64,000 nucleotides of DNA, taken from positions 1 to 64,000 of the forward strand of contig JAUGWO010000119.1 in the NCBI GenBank assembly GCA_049724395.1, read 5' to 3'. The stretch is from Spongospora subterranea f. sp. subterranea. Lineage: Eukaryota. The position numbers and the translations under genes were made by a program. Below are positions 1-11,890 of the stretch, piece after piece (the stretch's first letter is position 1; each line of letters opens with the position of its first letter). The notes beneath the pieces are model-generated. The model was given only the letters and a program-made list of their open reading frames with translations. It ran no database searches and was not told the DNA's origin.

Positions 1-900
1 TGTAAAGGACCAGACGCCAGCGAAGAAAAATTCTTGTCGCCACCCGTCCTGGTCGTACAAAGTTCGTCAGCTCAGAGCCAGTTCATTCTGCTCTTGCAGC
101 AGCTTCGTTACGGCGCGTCTGCGACAATATCTTTCTTGACTTTCAGACGCTGCTGACGACTCTCGTCTTCGCGCTTATCGTCAAGCAGTTTTTTTAGCAG
201 CCTTGCAGCCGAGTGGGCGTTTACCATCTTTGCTTCCTTGCACGCCCTCTAAAACGGCTCGCTCTCTTTTTGCTGCCAAAGGGCTTTTCAGCGTGTCGAT
301 CCAAATGCCTTTGTCCTGCTGTAAATTGCAAATAAACATTGCATGGTGGAAATCAGATTGCAGAAAACCATGGATACCATGCTTTTCAGCGTCAGATGTA
401 TCGACGCCAGCTCTTTTCCCTGCAAAAGACAGCAGCTATATATCTGTGTAATGTCGGGCAGAGTGTTAACTATGGTTCTATCTGACAGAACGGCATATAG
501 GCTGACGCCCAGCGCGCCTGCCGCTGCTATCACAGACGATGCACGCATTGATGACCCGAATGCGATCGGAGAAAACCCAATGAATTACCGCGTCCGGGGT
601 GTTTCTGAATGGTCCCCCAGGAATCTGTTCCAACTGCAATAGCTACCTTCGAAAAAATGACCAAACAGAAATCTGTTTGGTCATGGTTCAAAAAACGGGC
701 ACTTTCACAGCACAATCTGGACTGTGTTTGGGTTCCGGCTTGTCTTTCAGGTTCGCGCACTTCAAGTTCGCGGGCGGATTCAATTTTGAACCTTTTTGAA
801 CCCACACTGACACAGTCATCCATGGATACACCTGGCGTTGAATCGGGGATTTCTATTTCTGGGAGATTAGTCCTGAACACATATTTACTGGAAGTTATCA
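1..900 (-). pseudogene. Degraded ORF, possibly a PIF/Harbinger accessory (Myb/SANT, NAM-associated C-terminal-like) gene; runs off the window start
   Basis: Minus-strand translation near 180-320 gives ...GSKDGKRPLGCKAAKK followed by a charged helical stretch, resembling the RPxGxKxAK motif of Harbinger accessory proteins. Frames are broken. Confidence 0.3.
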
Positions 901-2331
901 ATAAATCTACTGATTACTTATATTTTACGATCAGGCATGCACATGCCATATTAGACGTTCATAATACATCTATAGATTGATCGTTGTGCATCAGACCGCG
1001 AAGGACAGGTCACAAATATTTTTTTTTAATATAAGTGTCCTAGTGCGATAGATGTATCATTGAGAGCGGTTAACATGTCATGTGTATGACTAATCGTTAA
1101 TAGACACAGCCAGGAGAAATATCCCACGCCTGGAATATGGCATCCGATGAGATCCAGTTGTTGGTCATCCTCTCTTCATCAAGGATGCTTTCCAGCTTCT
1201 TGATTAATTTCAGTATTACGTGATGAGGACCGATGAAGACTTAATCATGATCGAAATTTCTTTGAGATTCTTGGGGTCGCCCTTCAACGCAGACAACCTC
1301 TTGTCTGACTAAGCTGTTCACCGCATCGAGAATGTGGAAGGGCACATAATGAAACTATATCGGTGGAGCAGTAAGCCAATCATTATACCGTTCTTGAGTC
1401 AGTTGAATGACTTCTGTCATATCACCATGACACCTATTAGTTTATTGTATCAAAACAGGCTCGCATTTTACCTTCGTCATCATCTGCTTCACGATAATAA
1501 TTTCTTCAAGCACAGGGATATCTTACCGGTCTCATCTCGTTCAGATTATTCCATTCGATTAAATCAGTAATACTCTATTCTCAACGTCGATGTCAATCGC
1601 TGCTAAATGTCACTGATTCAGCGTTGAATGACCACTGATGTGGTTGAATTTTCGTGTAAAACGGAGCGTTCATTGTTCTCAACAAAAACCCTCTGAATGA
1701 TGCCCAACAGAACAGGTAGATGCGAAAACCACCGTTGCTAACTCTGCTGTCTGAAATTCAGTTGTTCCAGCAATCACAGGAAGAGAAGGCTCATCAAGCA
1801 GCGGGGGAAACACCTCGCGATCGTGATAGGCTTCAATGAGTTGCTGATAATCTTGATTTTGCTCCTTAAGCGCATCATCAAACAGGCAATTGACTGGATA
1901 GATGACGTTGACGGCAGACTGATTGCCGGTACCTAGACATAAAAAATTAAAGAGAGAAGGCAATGTATAAATAATTTGAAATACTGATAAGATCCAGAAA
2001 ACATCTTGTTGCCGAACCTGGTCTGGCAGATAATGTTGTCTACAAAATATAGGAATAGCCATATGTCGTTGAGGCGCGACATATCAGGAAGGTTGCCATG
2101 ACAAACGCGTCACCGAAACAAGAATCTCAGTAGCCGTTGCTGTTCAACTTCTTACCTGCCCCATGTATATCACGATGGCCTACCATGGCCGCAGTTCGCT
2201 TGAAGCCTGCCAGCTGGAGCCTCTGTCTGCTCAGCGAACAGATTGGCATGTCCAGTGATTTACAGCAGGACAAAGTTGTCGAGAAACTTGGAAAGGATGA
2301 TCTTTGCTATTTCACTATCCGACCAAAAATC

Positions 2332-2558
2332 TGTGAAACCGAAACAGATGCATCAGAACTATCAGGCATCGTTAAACCTAAGATCGAAGGACTAAATTGT
2401 CGAGTCAGTATTTATTAGATCTAGAGTTAAGGTCTAGGCCGCCTATCGGCTGCATTCCGCCGCTTGCACACCAACCAAGCAGGAAGCCGCTTGCGTATCA
2501 ACCAACTAGTGCCGGTTGACCTGTCTGTACTGATCGCCGGCGCATCGCTTCGCTAACA
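2332..2558 (-). repeat. 3' LTR of the copia element; polypurine-tract-like GGGCGGGAG precedes it on the minus strand (2559-2567)
   Basis: tgtgaaacc...cgctaaca; about 7 differences from the 7897-8122 copy by eye. Confidence 0.93.
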
Positions 2559-2949
2559 CTCCCGCCCGAGGTGCCGGCGATGAATGTTGTCGCCACGAAC
2601 ACGTTTCGAAGACGTGCGAATAACTCCGGCGCCAACGCCTTTGTATCTGCTAACATTTGGCTGCTAGGACAATACTTCGACTTGATCGTGCCATCAGCTA
2701 TCTTGTTCCTAGTATAGTGAAAGCGAACGTCGATATGTTTAGACCTGCGTGAAATCTGGCCGTTCTCTGCTAGAGCGATCGTGGACTGGCTGTCTTGAAA
2801 GATTACAGTCGGCTCCTCTTGCAATGCACCAACAAATTTCATGAGGCCGCGCAGCCATGTGGCTTCCTTGGAGGCTGCGCACAAAGAGATGTACTCAGCC
2901 TCCGTTGTCGAAAGGGCTGCGCATTCTTGTCTCTTACTTAACCAACTTA

Positions 2950-3910
2950 ATGCTCCGAGGCCGGGCGAGTCTGGTGGAAGCTGATCGACTCGGAGCTGTA
3001 CGACCTTGGGTTCACAAGCTGCCATGTGGCTTCCTTGGAGGCTGCGCACAAAGAGATGACTCAGCCTCCGTTGTCGAAAGGGCTGCGCATTCTTGTCTCT
3101 TACTTAACCAATTACTCCGTGGCCATAGAGGAAGAGGAACCCTGACGTCGATCTTCTTGTCGCCGTGCATCCTGCGAAATCGGCGTCTGCGTACGCGACC
3201 AAACGTTGGCCGTCGCTTCCGCCGAATTCTAGACCGATGTTGATTGTCGCTTGGAGGTATCGCATGAGTCTCTTGACCGCCTTCACGTGAATGTCGCCGG
3301 AGATTGCTTCTTGCGAATACGGAAAGTCGGCTGCTGGCCCTTCGTGAACCTCCAGGTTCGTGCCAGGCGCGACCGGGCATGTGATAGGACGACAGTCCGC
3401 CATTCCGAATCGCTCTAAGACCTTCTTTGCATACGCTGATTGGCTCAGCTTCATCAGCTTCTGCTTTCTGTTGCGCTCGACCTTGAGTCCAAGTACATAG
3501 TTGATGTCGCCAATGGGCTTTAGGGAGAACTTCTGGCGAAGATGGCATTCCAGATCGGGTGATCTGCTCCTTGGACTTTGATGCTATAATCAAGTCGTCA
3601 ACATAGATCGCGAGCAGAAGCGTATAATCGTCAGCGGGAGCGACGGCCAACGTTTGGTCGCGTACGCAGACGCCGATTTCGCAGGATGCACGGCGACAAG
3701 AAGATCGACGTCAGGGTTCCTCTTCCTCTACGGCCACGGAGCATTAAGTTGGTTAAGTAAGAGACAAGAATGCGCAGCCCTTTCGACAACGGAGGCTGAG
3801 TCATCTCTTTGTGCGCAGCCTCCAAGGAAGCCACATGGCAGCTTGTGAACCCAAGGTCGTACAGCTCCGAGTCGATCAGCTTCCACCAGACTCGCCCGGC
3901 CTCGGAGCAT
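2950..3910. repeat. Inverted repeat (~270-bp arms, 2950-3218 and 3638-3910) built from RT and RNase H pieces
   Basis: RNase H segment YADADFAG...STTEAE is on minus at ~3020-3216 and on plus at 3640-3840. RT segment GRVWWKLIDSELYDLG is on plus at 2960-3030 and on minus at 3830-3902. Confidence 0.9.
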
Positions 3911-3914
3911 CTAA

Positions 3915-5171
3915 TTGTCAAATGGTATGTATGATGGTCAGCATGGTTGTTTCAATGTCCTAAGCGTTTGCTTTGACAACAGCCCTTTCCGACGATGGAC
4001 GTTGAGCAAGAAAATGATGAGCACCGATTGGTCAACAAGCGGTTGCAAGACATCATCGAACAAGATGCTGAGATTCCTGAGGGCTGGTTCAACACTGCCA
4101 TAGCCCGGGAGTGTGTCCAGGTCTGTACTGTCACAATTTGCTGGGCCAGGGCCATAGGACTTCTGGTGTTGATATATTTTTACAGAACTCAAGGCAGCGA
4201 TCATGTCCGGTGTTGGTGGCCGTGTGCCGAGTTTGTTTAAAATCATTCGCATCCGCCAATTATGCCAACCGGCACATAGTAACCCATAAAACCGGCATTG
4301 CCGAATTTGTGATGAACGCCAATGCAAAATCGGATAAGGGTTATGCCGCTCGGCTTCATTATTGTTTGAACTGACTAAACCAATAATAGTTTTTCCGTTG
4401 CGGGAGAGGCATATTGAGGATCTAATGATCGCTAGAAATGTGGCCAACCCACTATTCAAGCAAGGGCAGATTCTGCCTGTCGAGCATGGAACACCGCGTC
4501 AAGGTTCGCGGCAACCTTCTGTAGCAAGGACCTATAACCAACAATCAGTACCACAAGCGTGATACTGACGCATTGACCAACCACGGCCTTTCTTGCAATT
4601 CAATTTCAGGCAGAATCTGCCCTTGCTTGAATAGTGGGTTGGCCACATTTTTAGCGATCATTAGATCCTCAATATGCCTCTCCCGCAACGGAAAAACTAT
4701 TATTGGTTTTGTCAGTTCAAACAATAATGAAGCCGAGCGGCATAATCCTTATCCGATTTTGCATTGGCGTTCATCACAAATTCGGCAATGTCGGTTTTAT
4801 GGGTTACTATGTGCCGGTTGGCATAATTGGCGGATGCGAATGATTTAAAACAAACTCGGCACACGGCCACCAACACCGGACATGATCGCTGCCTTGAGTT
4901 CTGTAAAAATATATCAACACCAGGAGTCCTATGGCCCTGGCCCAGCAAATTGTGACAGTACAGACCTGGACACACTCCCGGGCTATGGCAGTGTTGAACC
5001 AGCCCTCAGGAATCTCAGCATCTTGTTCGATGATGTCTTGCAACCGCTTGTTGACCAATCGGTGCTCATCATTTTCTTGCTCAACGTCCATCGTCGGAAA
5101 GGGCTGTTGTCAAAGCAAACGCTTAGGACATTGAAACAACCATGCTGACCATCATACATACCATTTGACAA
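3915..5171. repeat. Long fold-back: 565-bp inverted arms (3915-4479 and 4607-5171) with a 127-bp spacer
   Basis: The arms are reverse complements with about 6 substitutions counted by eye. The ORF track shows mirror-image ORFs. Confidence 0.97.
3995..4374 (+). pseudogene. Captured intron-containing gene fragment encoding a C2H2 zinc finger (mirror copy 4712-5091, minus strand)
   Basis: A phase-0 GT-AG intron (4121-4185) joins MDVEQ...RECVQ in frame to NSRQRSCPVLVAV-CRVCLKSFASANYANRHIVTH (C-x2-C-x12-H-x3-H). Confidence 0.7.
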
Positions 5172-7145
5172 CCCCCAGACTCGCCCGGCCTGCTTTAATC
5201 CGTAGATGGCTTTGTGAAGCTTGCATACCAGCTTCTTTCCGTCCTTGTCGACTTGCTGAAATCCTTCAGGTTGTTCGAGATATATTTCTTCGTCCAAATC
5301 GCCGTACAAAAACGCAAAGTCGACATCGATCTGCTTGATCTCCATGTCTTGCTCTGCAGCTACTGCCAAAACAGCTCGAAGCGAAGTTAAAGCCACCACA
5401 GGCGAAGTCGTCTCGGTAAAATCCACACCTGGCCTTTGGGTGAACCCCCGTGCCACATATCGAGCCTTATATCGCTGAACATTTCCTTCCGCGTCGGTCT
5501 TGGCCTTGAAACACCACTTGCCGCTCACAACCGCTCGTCCTTTTGGTAACGGTACTAACGTCCAGGTGTTATTTCGTTTGAGAGCTTCATATTCCTCTTT
5601 CATCGTCCTTTTCCAGTGCGGACTCGTCAATGCCTCTGATGACGTCGACGGTTCGTATATAGGATCGGCCTGTGCAACCAAAACATATTCATGCATATAC
5701 CATACTGTCGCTTTTCGGTTTCTTTTCGAGGTCTGCATTTCGGATGATCCTTCGTTTGAAGGGTTATCGTGTTGTGAGATTTCGACACTTCCGTCGTTAC
5801 TTTCGACCGCACTCAGATCATTCCTCCCTTTGTGTTCGGACTTCTTTGAAACATCGGCCGGGCGCCAGCTTGGGACGGGTGTCATCACGTTCTTTGAGCC
5901 AACTTGAATGTTGTCAACCACTGCGTCTCGCGATATGAATCTTCGCCGGTTGTCGGTTGATTCAAACACGCCCGCCTTTGCTCGTGGGGCAAAGCTTAAG
6001 AACACGCAGGGACGTGACTTTTCGTCCAACTTTCCTCGCTTTACAAGGAGAATCTGTACGTGCACCTGCGCCTTTGCACCGAACAAAGGGAGCTTACACA
6101 AATTAAGCTTTTGCTCCCAGAGCATCTCGAATGTTCTCATTAGGAGTGCGATTACGGATGTATGCCGCCATGGCAGCGGCATATTGCCAGTACTCCTGAT
6201 CCAGATCGGCATCAATCAATAAACATCGCGTCATCTCCATTATTGTCCGATTTAGCCTTTCCGCACGCCCATTCTGTTGAGGAGTTCTGGGAGCTGACCT
6301 CTCCCACCTGATGCCGTTTGCATTCAGATATTCTTGTGCCATTGTACTGGCATACTCTCCGCCCCCATCACTCCTCAGGCATTTGATCTTGACTCCGCGC
6401 TGTCTCTCGAAAGCGGCTTGAAATGTCTTGAATGCCGCCAACTGATCGGATTTCTTCTTCAGGAAGCTCAGATGAATCCATCCTGTATGGTCGTCGAGGT
6501 AAGTGACCATGTAGATGTTTCCCTGTATCGATCTTGTTCTCATAGGTCCACACAGATCGCTGTGAACCAGATCGCCGGGTTTCTGCTTCGACTCGTTGAT
6601 GCTTTTGGTATCGGCGCCCTTGTCATCTTACCCTTCATACAGGTTTGGCATTGCTCAAGCAATGCAATCGCTTGGTCTGTAATTGATGGCAGTATGCCGC
6701 TCTTGCTCATGAATGCGATCATCTTGAAGTTGGTGTCACCGCATTTCTGATGATAGGCAATGATGTCAAGTTGACGTTGCGTCATTACTACTTCCGCCGC
6801 CATAACTCGGAAGACTCCACCGTGTCTCACAGCGGTCAACGCGACGTTCCCATTTCGCATAACTTTGCAGAGCCCGTCCTCCATGACGACCCTGACTCCA
6901 ACCACTGTGGAGGCGCTGCTCACTGAAAACAGATTCTCCTTCAGACCAGGTACATAGAGGACATTTCCGAGTTGCAAATCCGGTGGAATTATGGCCTGGC
7001 CCTTGTGCGTTGCTACCAACGTCCTTCCGTCGCCGAGTACTATCTGCACAGAACCGTCCACCGCTCGGCCGACCAGACCATATGAGCCGACGCGCCACTG
7101 TCGAGGATCCAGGTTCCATTCGTGTTCTCTGTGTGAGGGCTCTCG

Positions 7146-7934
7146 TTAAATTTTCGCAGTGAATAAGAACTCGGTCTCTGCCAATGTCGCGTTAGCCGAC
7201 TCCTGGCTTGCCTTTAGCCTGCAGTCCCTGGCGTAGTGGCCCTTTATTCCACATTTGAAGCAACGACCCTTCCTCTTGATTTTCTTCGGCTTCTTTAAAG
7301 TCGCCTTCATCGCTGTCTCAGGCTCCGTCTTTTGCTCTTCCATCGTCTTGAACCGCTCCTCTGCAGCCGTCAACTTGTTGATCAGATCGGCTCTCTGGAG
7401 CACCGGACCATTCATTATAATCTCGATCACGTTCGCATACTTCTCCGTGCCCATGATGGAAAAACAAACAGTCGTCATAAAATCTTCGTCCGTCACTTTG
7501 GAATCTGTAACTTCATCCAACTCGTCGACTAACCTCGACATCATTGCTAGATGAACGTATAGATCCCCACTCTCCGCCAACTTTCCCTGGCGGAACTTTT
7601 GTGTCAAAATAAGAACAGACTGACCGCCATTCTTGCGGTAGAAGGATGTTAGAGCAGTCCATGCCTGCTTCGGTGTTCTTGTTTTGTTCACCAAGACGAA
7701 TTGACTCGACTCAATCGCCGCTATCAAAGCCGAAAACACTTTGTTCTGCATTGCCTGGTCCTCGAGATCTTTGTTGAGAGCGTCTGTCAGATCATAGCCA
7801 AGGAGATATGCTGTGAAGCCAAACTCAAATGCGTTCCAATTGGTTCCATTCAATTTTTCCCCAGTGTACGCTCGAATGGCGCCTGGGCCCATAACCTGTG
7901 AAACCGAAACAGAATCATCAGAACTATCAGGCAT
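7146..7934 (-). CDS. gag: Copia Gag with C-terminal CCHC zinc knuckle
   Basis: 262-aa ORF: KLNGTNW N-terminal motif, UBN2-like core, CFKCGIKGHYARDC. Confidence 0.9.
   Translation of the reverse strand: MPDSSDDSVSVSQVMGPGAIRAYTGEKLNGTNWNAFEFGFTAYLLGYDLTDALNKDLEDQAMQNKVFSALIAAIESSQFVLVNKTRTPKQAWTALTSFYRKNGGQSVLILTQKFRQGKLAESGDLYVHLAMMSRLVDELDEVTDSKVTDEDFMTTVCFSIMGTEKYANVIEIIMNGPVLQRADLINKLTAAEERFKTMEEQKTEPETAMKATLKKPKKIKRKGRCFKCGIKGHYARDCRLKASQESANATLAETEFLFTAKI
7883..7896 (-). promoter_or_regulatory. Primer-binding site GGTTATGGGCCCAG (internal initiator tRNA-Met half, hemivirus type)
   Basis: Reverse complement of ctgggcccataacc abuts the 5' LTR. This is the PBS type of Drosophila copia and yeast Ty5. 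Confidence 0.85.
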
Positions 7935-8122
7935 CGTTAAACCTAAGATCGAAGGCTAAATTGTCGAGTCAGTATTTATTAGATCTAGAGTTAAGGTCTA
8001 GGCCGCCTATCGGCTGCATTCCGCCGCTTGCACACCAACCAAGCAGGAAGCCACTTGCTTACCAACCAACTAGTGCCGGCTGACCTGTCTGTACTGATCG
8101 CCGGCGCATCGCTTCGCTAACA
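7897..8122 (-). repeat. 5' LTR of the copia element
   Basis: Direct repeat of 2332-2558, immediately followed on the minus strand by the PBS. Confidence 0.93.
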
Positions 8123-8949
8123 GAATCAGTGAACGCAAACGCCCTCGTGAGACCCGTAAATTGGGCAGAAAAAGCAGGTAACGAGGTGTCTTCGTCTGCG
8201 TCATCAATGACCTCAACGGCTCGCCAGGTTTCGCCTCGTAAATCACGGGGACTCGATGTATCTTATCATCAGAATCATTGATATCCAAAGCAAACGCATC
8301 GTCGACGTCTTCGCTGCTGAGGAAATCGTTCTGCGCCATGCTGGGAAAACGCGGATCTGTCAAAAATTGTGAATTTTCTTTTGAAACCTTGTTTCAATTT
8401 GGTGTGATCTGCCACTCGGCATCTTCAGATGGTTGGATGGTGTTCAAGCCCTTGAGGAAGTCTGACTCCTTGGGGCGCTGAGACGCCGATTGCGGAAACC
8501 GCGGAAACCGCGGAATCGAGTGTATTGGATTTTCACCATAATGGGCAGTTACCTTGAAAGGGCAACGCGCTATATTATGGGATGATGATTGACGCACTGA
8601 AAATGACCGTTTTTGCCTTCATCACTATCGCTTTCGTCGCAATAATTTCCCTGCTGTATATACCCTGATGCGATTAAAGACTTATTCATCTTAACTCAGG
8701 TTATTGTTATTATGTTTTGACACGAATATTTGCATTTCACTGAGAGATTTTGAAACGAACTGCTGCTAGCTGGTCAGTTCCAGAAAAAAAGCTTTTCCTA
8801 TAAATGTTCAATTATTTTCTTTGTACTGGTTCTCATGCCCTCATTATTGTTATGGACAATAAGGCTCTGGTATTCCTCTATGATTCTACATTTGATGGTG
8901 TTTTACTTCATAGACATGAAAGTATAATTTGATTGTCATGGCTGTCAGG

Positions 8950-11890
8950 CGAAGATGCTGCACGGTTAGTTACGTCGGCATCATAATACTGGAGAGTTCA
9001 ATAACTTTCTTTGTTTTCTGCATGGTTTTGGACGCCAGATTGGTACTTGCTTCTTCAATACCTCTTCTACATTACATAAAGAAAACGCACATTTTTAAGG
9101 GCATACCAAACTGCTTAACCATGGGAGTCATAGTTGCTACTAAATAAACGTATTTCTTCGATATCAAATTGAATCTTCGGTGTTTGAGCAATATCATATT
9201 GATACGTCCCAAACCGTGGTTCAATCAAACTGATGCTAAATTGTTTTCTGGAGGAGCTGGCAACGTTTTTGCGGCCGTCCTTGTTGTTTTGGCCAGCACA
9301 GTCCACATCTCTTGTGAATTTTGCGAGCCGGGAGGGATGGCTTTGCTGACTTCTCCAGTTGGCCGGAAACTTTAGGCCTGTTTCCCAGCAGTTGGTCAGC
9401 CTGTTTCAAGGAGACCATTGGTGGAAAATGTTGACGCAATGCCTGACGAGCCAGTACGAAGGAGAGGGACACCGTAACGGCAACGCTCTCTGACGGTGTC
9501 CCAGTCTGTGACGAGTCCGGCGCAAAACCATTCCCCACCTGGCAAGAGTAACCTTGCCCGGTAACATGATTAGGACTCGTGTAGCGGCGAACCCGTTGAA
9601 GAATGCAACCAAAAGCGTGTACAATGAGATAGGGGTACTGCCCCGATTTCGGACCCCGATGCATTTAACTAGTCTATCGGATCTGTTCCGCAAGTCGTCC
9701 CCCTCGCTGGAGAGTTCCAGGCCGAAACATTTGTCCATGTATTCATTGCCTCAATTCGCTTCACAATTCCTCATGATCAAGGATGGACGAATTCCGGATG
9801 ACGATGGACGGCAGTCCATGATTGAGCTGAAGCTGCAACTACATTCGTTATTTGATCAAGCGCTTCAAATGTTCGTAGATTGCTTGACCATATGTCGCCG
9901 CCCCCTTATTCACACCATTTAACCAGGTCTGACGCTCAAGCTCGACATGTGGAATTATCCGCTTTGCACAGATTTTACATTACTCGGTTCACGAATGAGG
10001 CGCTGCCCTATCGGGTTATGCAAAGACATTTCCTGATTTCGGGTCGCAAAGGAGAAGCGAATAGTATGGAGCAGATGGCCATGACCAAATTTGAATGCGA
10101 TGCATCAAGATACCACAGCTCGGTGTGCGATGCTGAGCACTCAAATACTGTTAAAGTTTGTCTCTCAAAATATCGCAAATCGTACTCAAAAGACCCCATC
10201 CTACTCCATATGATCATCGACAGAGCCGACAGGTTGCCAAAATTACTGTTTCATTTTTTACACAACATTTTTATGTCTCTTTCGCTGAATGTATCGTATT
10301 GCAACATGGGACGTTTTTTCACAATGATTGCTCAGAGAAAACAATACTCCAGCGGTGATGGATGCTTTTTCAATGCTTGGCAGAGAAGACGTCATCTCAG
10401 ATCAGTCAGTATTCGGCTTTGCAACAGCAATGAAGTTTGTTCCCTGATAACAAATCGTTTTTAGGCGGTTCATGAGGGTCCTTCATCATGTTCGAAAACA
10501 ACTTCCCTCCACGTTTTCCCCTCCGCTGCTAGCGCAGACACGAAGAATCTATCCTTTGCTTCAATCGTATTACGACAGTATTCCCTCATCACGTATCACG
10601 CCGGTAGCCAAAACAACCCATCGTTTACCATTCCGGTCGGGAGCTTATTATTTTGCCAGGTTATGGTGCAAGAAATGGCGGTTATTCAACGTTCATTGGG
10701 GTTATCATCGTCACTGGCGTTGCTATACAACGAAAGTTCACACCTCTTGAAGCGGTCCCCGCAAACTCGTTCTGCGTTTGCCTCGGCTTTTCTTCATTTG
10801 AACATGTTCAACGCCATCGTGGATCTGAAATCGAACTTCGTGGTCTCGTTGGATATTCCGGAGAATCTAAAATTCCTGACCCTTGCTGCCGAAGTGTGGA
10901 CGCCAGAGCAGGTCAGGATCATCCTTTTGTTTCTGGTTTGGGAACGTATTCACATTTTGGGTCAGATGTTACCCTCATTACGAGGAATGCGGTTATCAGC
11001 TCCCTATCGTTAGCGCTGCCATTATTGCTTATGTTCATGTACGCCATGGCCTATACGATAGCGAGCAAACCATAAATGCAATGAATACGGTCCAGCAGAA
11101 TTGCAGTTACGCTGATCGTTTTTCCGAAAGGCATTGCGTCTTATGTTGTTTCAGGCAATTTGGCACGTCATCGCCCGAGCGCGATATTGTACGCTTCTGC
11201 TCTTTCAATGATGGCTGTAGCGAATTCAGATCGAGCCTCTTCCTTGGGTTTGGATGCGTTATGCGCCAGACCAGCTTTCATTGCGAACCCTAAACTCAAG
11301 CGTACTTCTACTGCGATTCGAGCATGGACGGCTGCTTGTAAAGGCGAAAGGTTCGAACCACAATCCCATTTGCGAAAATTAATTGAATTTTGAAGGGAAT
11401 TGGCAATGTCCTTACTCCGAAGTTCTGTTGAAGAGCAAAAAAAGGCGCCCAAATCTGCCCGAGGTGCCCATTTAAGAACGTCGCTGTTTGCTGCCGCTAT
11501 GGCAGCCAATGCTTTAGAGGGAAATACGGAAATCATAGAACAACTTTGCAAAGGTTGTCGGTTTATTTTTGCTCATTTCCCCTTTTATTGCATTATCATC
11601 AAGTTTTCTCCCGATTTGCTTCGTGGTTCTTTACCCAAACTACGGCTTCCTTTTCTGATTTGAACAGCAATGCATTTTGGTATTCCAAGGTCGATATGTT
11701 CTTCTTTCTGCTTTTATTCAATTTCAATAACTTTGTTAATCTCGGGGTATTTTTCAAGCGTTTGTTAAAGTTAATCGTGGCATTTGTCGCAACTGTTTTG
11801 AAATTTGCTGTTATTTTTTGTTTCCTGTTTTGCGCAGCCTTCACCGGTTTAGTTCTCACAAAACACGTTTGTGTCTTAGATATGCACAAT
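8950..11890 (-). mobile_element. Highly degraded non-LTR retrotransposon (LINE-like) relic
   Basis: Remnants resembling RT motifs (SLHNPIG near 10020; IGVRNRGSTPISL resembling GVRQGSPIS near 9640) downstream of a basic/knuckle-like ORF1 remnant. Many stops. Confidence 0.4.

Larger units (their letters stand above)
2560..7140 (-). pseudogene. pol: Copia pol (PR-IN-RT-RH), broken by frameshifts, a deletion, inverted duplications and a 1.27-kb insert
   Basis: Motif-bearing pieces in ORFs 6540-7061, 6103-6543, 4983-6215, 3012-3650, 3104-3454 and 2498-3049. Confidence 0.9.
2332..8122 (-). mobile_element. Ty1/copia LTR retrotransposon, full length but frameshifted and internally rearranged
   Basis: Two ~227-bp direct TG...CA LTRs. 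Near-matching 5-bp TSD (aaatc / gaatc). Order gag (CFKCGIKGHYARDC), PR (WILDSGASAHM), IN (LRSDGGGEY, PQQNGRAERLNRTI), RT (YKARYVARGFTQRPGVDF, IYGLKQAGRVW, YVDDLII), RNase H (YADADFAG, STTEAEY, RSKHIDVRFH). Confidence 0.96.

Noticed and set aside
1100..2331. Degraded ORF apparently continuing from 8123-8600 across the copia insertion
   Set aside because: Many stops and no family could be recognised, so it is not called.
7140..7156. Programmed gag-pol frameshift in the copia element
   Set aside because: It needs a +1 shift at a TTT run, the element has many other indels, and the same +1 homopolymer pattern affects host genes; mutation or error is more likely.
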